A stretch of 64,000 nt of DNA from contig CAVVLO010000002.1 in NCBI GenBank assembly GCA_963749155.1, forward strand, positions 800,001 to 864,000, read 5' to 3'. Position 1 is the stretch's first letter; every line of letters starts with the position of its first letter. The notes beneath the pieces were generated by a model that was not told where the DNA came from, searched no databases, and saw nothing but the letters and a program-made list of their open reading frames with translations. Positions 57,287-64,000 of the stretch are shown here, piece after piece. The position numbers and the translations under genes were made by a program. Origin of the DNA: an uncultured Armatimonadia bacterium. GTDB taxonomy: Bacteria; Armatimonadota; Zipacnadia; CAVVLO01.

Positions 57287-59916
57287 CTACTCGGCAGCGT
57301 AGACTTCCAGTTCGCTGATGCCCATCTGCAATCCTACCTGATCTGGCCCGTCGGGTTTTACAGCCTCGATCCGCACATAGCGGGCGGTGATGGGCGCCTC
57401 AAGCACGTGTTCCTGCCTGCCACCTGGACAATCGTTTATATGAGCGATGGTCTGCCAGGTCGTGCCATCGGCCGAGAGATGCACTTTGTACTCGGTAGCC
57501 CAGCAAAGCGGCGAGAAGTTGATGACCACGCGCCCGAGCGGTGTAGCTTCTTCCAGGTCGACGTGGTACATCCAGGCGTATTCATAAGCGCCCTGGGCGT
57601 GGGTATTGGGATAACCATCCACCCCATATCGCGCGTAGTTGAAACCGCTCGGCACCAGCCTGTGAGAGCCGTCAGTCGACAGCAACTCGGCAGGCCTGTG
57701 CCAGGCAAGATTGCCTGGAGGAGTCTGTTCTTCCGCCTGGGCCTTGCCCACGCCTGGTGGATACGGCTCTGGCCAGGTCGAGTCTGATGAGTACCGCAAT
57801 CGGGTCGTCACTTACCTTTGAAAGGTCCAGAACAATCCTGTCATCTGTCTGTGAGAAGGGCACCGGCAGGTTGCCGTTGAGCCAGGTGGCAGCGACTACT
57901 GGTACAGCGAAGTCCGGCAAGCTGATCTCGCGGCTCTCGGGCAGGCCAGTCTTGCCCCGTTCGGTCTCCAGCAGCATCAGGTAGAGCTTCGTTCGGTCGA
58001 GGCTGATGGTGTTATAACCCCAGCGTTGTTCGGCAAGTGGGCCCTTGTCCACATTGGTGTAGGCCTGGTATAGCGGGGGTTTGCCCTCTGGACTGGCCCA
58101 GTCGGCGAGTTGTTGATGGACCTGCCAGACGATGGAGGCGTCCAGATCAGGTATGCTGCCGCGCGGAGAAGTCTCATCTCCGGGCGCTGTGCCGGTCACG
58201 AGAGCTGGACTGTGGTCCAGATTGGCAACATAGCCTTCGCCAATTATCGAGAGGGCGACTTTCTGCATCTCATACGCGTCAGGGATATCGCCTTTTGAAT
58301 ATTCCAGCTCGGGGTCAGGCACCATCCGCCAGGTCTCAAGCGGGTAAGTCTTTGCCCAGGGCAGGGGGAAAGGCCACGTAGCCCAGGTATTCACACCCCA
58401 GGCGCCCCAGCCTTCAAGGCACAGTGCATCCCAGTCGCCCTGGCCCAGCGTCGGCACGCCGTTGAGGACAATGACGGTATCTGGATTGTAGCTGCGGATC
58501 ATACTGTAGAGGGCATCGAGCGACCAGCCTACGAGCCCTGCCCAGTCAAACCAGAACAGGTCGGGGTTGTAGCGCTTCATCGCATCTTCAACCAGCAGGA
58601 TGCCTCCAAGCTCGGCTCCGCCATATTCGGGCGCATTAAGATTGCCCAGGTACATCCCAAACTTCATCCCCGCGCCTTCGATGGCTTCTTTGAAGGGAGC
58701 CACCACATCACCGACGGGATTGTCCCGGTCGAAGGGGGTCGGCCAGCGCGCAAACTGATCTCCATTGTTGAAGGTGATTATGCAGCCAGCCTGGTAACCT
58801 TGCCTGCTCATTGTTTCAACAAAGCGGGGCAGGTCAGCCTCGCTCAGCCGCTCGGGGCCGTGGATCAGTCCGTAAAGCTTGGCGGCCTCAAACCAGCGGC
58901 TGGGGCGCTCTGCAACGTCAAGAGTCAGCCCTTCCCTCGCAGTCGTTCCGGTCGCATCGGTGACTTCAACCTGGAGACGATAACGAGCTGTCTGCCGCCT
59001 CGCGCGCCACGGTGCCCGTGATGGTGCCGTCCTCCAGGAGTGACAGGCCCTCGGGCAACTCTCCCCCGACCTGCTGCCATGATAAGGGAGGAGTGCCTCC
59101 GGCGGCAGTCAGTCGAAAAGGCGCAGCTTGCAAGGTGAGTTTGGGATTGGCAAACGAGGCAGCATAATAGTAGGCCTCGAGGACAGGCTCCACCACCTCG
59201 GGGTCGATGCCGACATAGGGCCATTCGCGGAAGGCTTTGGGTAGCGACTGCCCCCCTGCCTCGGGCATTGCCTGGGTTGCAACCTTGAGTGTCCCTTCCG
59301 GCCCGTCGGTCGAGTAGACCAGGCCTGGCACGTTGCTTCCATCGGCAAGGCAAAAGCGCGCATAACAGCCAAGCCGCGCGGCGCGCTGGTTGGCCAGCTT
59401 CAGCAGCAGGCGGTTCCAGCCGGCCGCAAGAGTCACCTGGGCCTGTTGGCTGTCACGTTCCCAGTTGATGCTTGTACTGGCCAGTATGGGCTGACCGTTG
59501 AGCCAGCACTTGAACTCCTCATCCGCACCCAGGCGCAGCTCGCAGTCAACCTGGTTGGGGCTCCAGACCCAGGTATGCAGGTAAGCCACGACGCCAGCGA
59601 CAGATTGACCGAGCTTCACTCCGAAATAGCTGCGGACATCCTGGTAATTGTCATAGTTGCGACTGAAGAGCCGGTCATCGAAATAACGCCACTGCTCTCC
59701 CACTGCTTCCTCGCCCTGCCGGGGTTGGACTGACACCTCACCAATCCAGTCCCGCTCATAGCCGGTGTTATCCTCGTCATTTGGGAAGGCGCCAAGCACC
59801 AGCCAGGTATTGATGTAGTCGGGCGCATCCATTGCACAGGCCCCCTGAGATTGGAGAGAGAGCAGCCCAAGGCCTACCACTACCAAAAGGCCCAAGGCGA
59901 AGAAAAGTCTGCTCAT
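57287..59916 (-). CDS. Multidomain secreted protein: beta-sandwich + putative Ig domain + GH29-like barrel + F5/8 type C (CBM32) domain; frameshifts near 58970, 58810 and 57760
   Basis: Signal peptide; WLVLGAF..., GGTPPLSW...LPEGLSL..DGTITGT; FGMYL...PDLFWFDW; NLAWHRPA...VDL...ARYVRI...ISELEVY. Confidence 0.7.
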
Positions 59917-60025
59917 ATTGCCCTCCTTGATTGTAAAGGTGCGGCAAGATTCTCTTGTATCAGCGTTCTCCCTGCAACCTGGAAGCCCAGTTCAACGTCT
60001 ACTGGGTATGAATCGAGGGCCTTTC

Positions 60026-60034
60026 TGCTACAAT
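60026..60034 (+). promoter_or_regulatory. Extended -10 element 6 nt upstream of the ATG (leaderless candidate)
   Basis: TG-C-TACAAT-CGCCGT-ATG, with no Shine-Dalgarno. Confidence 0.55.
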
Positions 60035-60040
60035 CGCCGT

Positions 60041-61679
60041 ATGTTTTGGCGCAATATTATGACAGTAACTCTTCTGGCTTGCGGGCTTCTCTGGCTTGGC
60101 GCGATCTCGGCGCTGGCAGCCGGTGGCCCTCCCTCGACTATCGCTGTCCTCGACCTGCAAGCCTTGCAGGTGGATAAAACCAAAACCAATCTGGGCGCCG
60201 AAGTCTCTTTAGCAATCGCATGGAAGCTGCAATCCTTGCCAGGGCTCGATGTTGTGCCGCGCTGGGAAATCGCCCGGATTCAGGGCAAGGCGCTCGAAAA
60301 CCCGCCAGGGGTCGACTCTCAACTTGCCCGTACCTGGGGACGTCGCGTCGGCGCGCGCTGGGTGGTCTCAGGCAACTTCACCTCGGTCGCCGACCAGTTG
60401 CAACTCAAGCTTATTCTGGTAGATACCCTCTCAGGTCAAACCTGGGAGAGCGGCCTCACCCTGATAACGACGCCTGAAGAGTATCTTGCCGATCTGGGAA
60501 ATCTGCTCGACAGGCTCGCACCGCTTATGGGGTATGCCCTGACAGAGGACGAACTCTCTCAGATTATGGAGATACCAACGACTTCGCGAATCAACCTGGC
60601 GGAAGTCACCCGATTGCTTGTTGAGTATCCTGAGCTCGAGGCAAATCGGCCCGAACAGCTTACAGAAACTCTGACTGCGCTGGTCACTGGCGATGATAAT
60701 TTTGTAGAGGCCGCCTGGCTTCTGGCGCTGGTGCTTCACGAGGAGGGCGAAACCGACGAGGCAATCGTCCGACTTGAGACTGCAATAAAGGCACGTCCCA
60801 GTTTTACACCAGGCTGGTTGTTCTTGAGAGAGCTGTATCTGGAGCAGAACGAGCAAGCCAAAGCCGCCCAGGCGCTGGATAAAGCTAATCGAGGTGGCTG
60901 CCCGCACTCCGAGTGTAGTAAGGGCGCGTGCCCAGGCCTTGCTCGAAGCAGGCAACACCAATGAAGCAGCTCGAGTGTTGCGCGAACTCCTGGTCTCGGC
61001 CCCGGAAGAGGGCCTGGCTCACCTGCTTTCAGCCGAAGTGGCCCTGGCTCAGAACAATCTCGAGAACGCCCTCAACGAGATGAAGGCTGCCCTGGGCTTG
61101 CCAGGTATTAGTGATTATCTGGTTTATGTGCGTATCGCGGAAGCCCAGGAGCATTTTGGGAATATCGACGAAGCCCTGGACGCCTACAGTCAGGCCGCTG
61201 CCAAATCGCCAGGCAACCCCTGGGCACTGCTCAGGAAGGCTGACTTACTACTGAAGCTCGAGCGCAATCAGGAGGCGCTGGAGACACTGCTATTGGCCTT
61301 CGATGCCGACCGGGAGTATTACTGGACCCATATTGCTCTGGCGCGAGCCTATCAGGCGCTTGGCCAACTGGACCAGACGGAACGCTTCTTGAACTCGGCG
61401 CTCAAACTGGATGCAAAACGCATCGAAGCCCATTTCTACTATGGCTGGTTGCTGTTTGACACCGAACGCTGGCAGGATGCTGCTACCCAGTATGAGCTTG
61501 TGTTGAAGACCGCGCCTGGCCATCAGGCTGCCACTTATAACCTCGCATTAACCTATCTGGAACTCGACCGGAAGCCCGAGGCCATCGCCTTGCTCGAAAG
61601 TTTCCTCAAGACGAAGCCCCCCGCCGAGTGGCAGGAGAGCGCCAACAAGCTACTGCAGAAATTGAAGACACCTGGTTAG
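60041..61679 (+). CDS. Secreted TPR-repeat protein with an N-terminal CsgG/FlgO/TolB-N-like domain (frameshift near 60895)
   Basis: Signal peptide; TIAVLDL...GRRVGARWVVSGNF...LILVDTLSG; multiple TPR motifs in 60894..61679. Confidence 0.8.
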
Positions 61680-64000
61680 TCGGCAAGCAGCCGGCGTTGC
61701 CACGCTTCGACTTCGGCCTGAGTGCCGTAAAGCCCGCAGAAGGTCTCTCCCAAAGCTAGTTGCAGCTTGAGCTGTCCCTTTTCAACCGGCAATACAACCC
61801 CCTTGTCGAGGTCAAGCACCGCCTCGGCGTCTGGGCCAAGGTCCAACACCTTCTCCCCTGCCGTTGCGGCATGCAGGCCGACAAATCGGCTGTCAAGGGA
61901 AAGGGCATCCTGAGAGGGACCAACCAACCGTAGCCCTTCCTGAGCCAGAATCCAGCGCAACAATTCCGCCGATAGCACCGGCACCGCATTGTAATAGCGC
62001 CGGCCTTCACCTACCTGACTCCGCGCCAAAGCCACCTGGCCGCCTTCGGAATACATCCCAAGTGTTTCAGCCGAAGAGTCTTCCACCGCGAAAGCTGGAG
62101 TCAAATCGACCTTCGGCAAGCCCCAAGCCAAAGGTGCCGCACCTGAAAGCTGGGCTTGAGCCAGAGCGCTGCCGGCAAGCTTTATCACCTGCATCCCGGC
62201 GACCTGGCTCAGTTGCGCGAGGCTCAGGCCCTCTTCGCTCACATAACCCGGCGCATAGTTGGTCAGCACAACAGGGAACTCGTCGAGTCGTTGTTTCAAC
62301 GCATCCAGTTGCGCCACGTCCAGATGGAAGGTGTTGAGCAAGATGACCAGCTTGTAATTGTCGACCGAGAAGTCCCCCGAGAGGAACTCCGGCAGGTCAT
62401 ACAGGTCGAAGGGAGCGCCCATCCGGTAAAGCTGGCTCCACTGCTCGTTCAGCAGAGGATAAGTAACCGTATCCTTGCCGGATGACCAGTTGGCGACATA
62501 GTTGAGGGAGTCGAGATCTGCGATGACGGCGATCTCGGCGCAGCTTTGATGCTCGATTGGGGCAGCCAGACGAGAGGCCTTTTCGATGCGCTTCATGCAG
62601 GCCAGCATCTCCGGGCTGGAATACCAGCCTGACTGCATATCGAAATACCAGACACCCACCCGGCGCGCGAGGGCCTGAGAAAACTGCCGCCAGAGCAACT
62701 GGTTGGACTCCCAATCGTTGGTCGCGAACACCAGGCCTGGCCAGTTGGCCTTCCAGGTGCGGTCATCGCCCTCATCGAAAAACAGCTTGCCGTGTTGCAG
62801 TATCGAGCCGTGCAAGGCTCTGTGATGGGCAGGTTGGGTCAGCGCCCTGTCAATATAAGTGTGCGGGCTGGCGACGAAATCGAGCAGGCCGGTCGCCAGC
62901 ACCTCGCCCAGGGGCATCTGCAGCCCTTCCTGCAGCCACGGGCAGTTGGAGGTATAAGACCAGAAAGCCCCCGTCAGCAGCTTGCCCTCGCTTTCTTCCT
63001 TCACCGCGCGACAGAAACGCAGCAGGCAGTCGGCCTGCACCTGGTGATAACAGTGGTAATAGTCAATCAGTTGCTGAGATTTGGCCGGGTCGAGAAAGGC
63101 TCCCTCATCCGAGTGAAGCCGCTCATCGAGAGTGGGCAGAGCCGGCTCGGTAAAGTTGGCCATCGGGTCGTGCCAGGCTTCGCGCAGAGCCTCAACTGTG
63201 CCGTATCGGACGCGCAGATAGCGAGAGAAGGCCCGCTGCATCGGGCGCGCTGACGTCGGGCAGATAACCCATCCCCCAGTAATGCCACTCGCCATAGATG
63301 CCATTGGCCAGGTGCAGGCCGATGATGCGACTGCCCTGAGGGCTCGTTTTCAGATGACGCACCAGCTCGCGCAGGTCCTGCTCGGCGGCCTCCTGCCACA
63401 CCTCGGAAGCCATCGAGGGATAACGCGTGCCGCCCATCTCATCGTCAATCCAGCCGACCTCGGTCGAATAACGGATAAGCTCCTCTTCTGGTTCTGCGGC
63501 AAGCCCGACGCGTTCCCACCAGGCGCCGACAACGGTCGCAACGCGAGGTATCGCCCAGCCTTCGGGCGCGTTAGCCAGCAGCACGTTGAGCTGACCGTCA
63601 AGGTCGCTCCATTCGCGCGCGCCAGCCTCGATTTTGCCCCAGGGCAAGGGGAAGGAATAAAGCCGGAAGCCCGCGTGGGCCATCTCGTCGGTATAGCCAG
63701 CATAGAGCTGGGTCGCCACGGTAAACATCAGGGGGTAGAGTTGTTCGCCCTCGACCTCGATGAGGGGGGTGCCTTTGCCTGGAAGGAGGCTTGCCTGAGG
63801 CAAGCCAGCTTTGGCGCCACTCTGAGCAAGCGTGAAGTCGCGCTCGAGGCGGCCTTCTACCGGGCCATCAGGAAGCTGGAACGCAGTCCGCAGGGCAGAT
63901 AGCTCGAGTCGCAGTTCTCCTGCAAGGCCTTCAGCGATGGGGAAATCGTATTCAAGAGAGGCGGCCTCAGCGCCTGACACCGAAAGCGACTTCACAGGCT
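61676..64000 (-). CDS. Beta-galactosidase-like (GH42-like) glycoside hydrolase, 5'-truncated; frameshift near 63250
   Basis: G.YGEWHYWG...PD.S, F.RYLR.RYGT.EALR.AW, DFVASP..Y, FFDEGDDRT, trimerisation-like domain. Confidence 0.7.

Overview
GC-rich bacterial chromosomal segment, probably from an uncultured anaerobic or facultative polysaccharide degrader; the taxon cannot be assigned from the sequence alone. From left to right it holds: (1) a 16-kb minus-strand energy-metabolism locus, in which an FdhF-like molybdopterin-family protein lacking the formate-dehydrogenase catalytic residues is followed by AsrA/AsrB(HydB/HydG)-like Fe-S/FAD-NAD(P) subunits, a HycI protease, a HycC/E/D/F/G-type membrane-bound group 4 [NiFe]-hydrogenase and hypABFCDE; (2) two divergent enzyme-like genes, hisS-aspS and tRNA-Ala(UGC); (3) an accessory region with three paralogous PepSY-like surface-protein genes sharing repeated flanks, a GH78 + URO-D-like pair, a five-gene V4R/V4R/cysteine-desulfurase operon, GH35, a secreted metzincin-like protein and a LamG protein; (4) menA and a glycoside-hydrolase-rich region (GH5-like, DUF6259-like, two GH29-like, GH4, GH42-like). 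Region 4 also contains a DinJ-YafQ toxin-antitoxin cassette bounded by perfect 33-bp direct repeats and a PAS-hybrid histidine kinase with a degenerate ATP-binding domain. Many genes, including essential aspS, carry single-base frameshifts, most likely long-read consensus errors. No CRISPR array, rRNA, transposase or integrase was seen. All family calls come from motif recognition by eye, not database searches.
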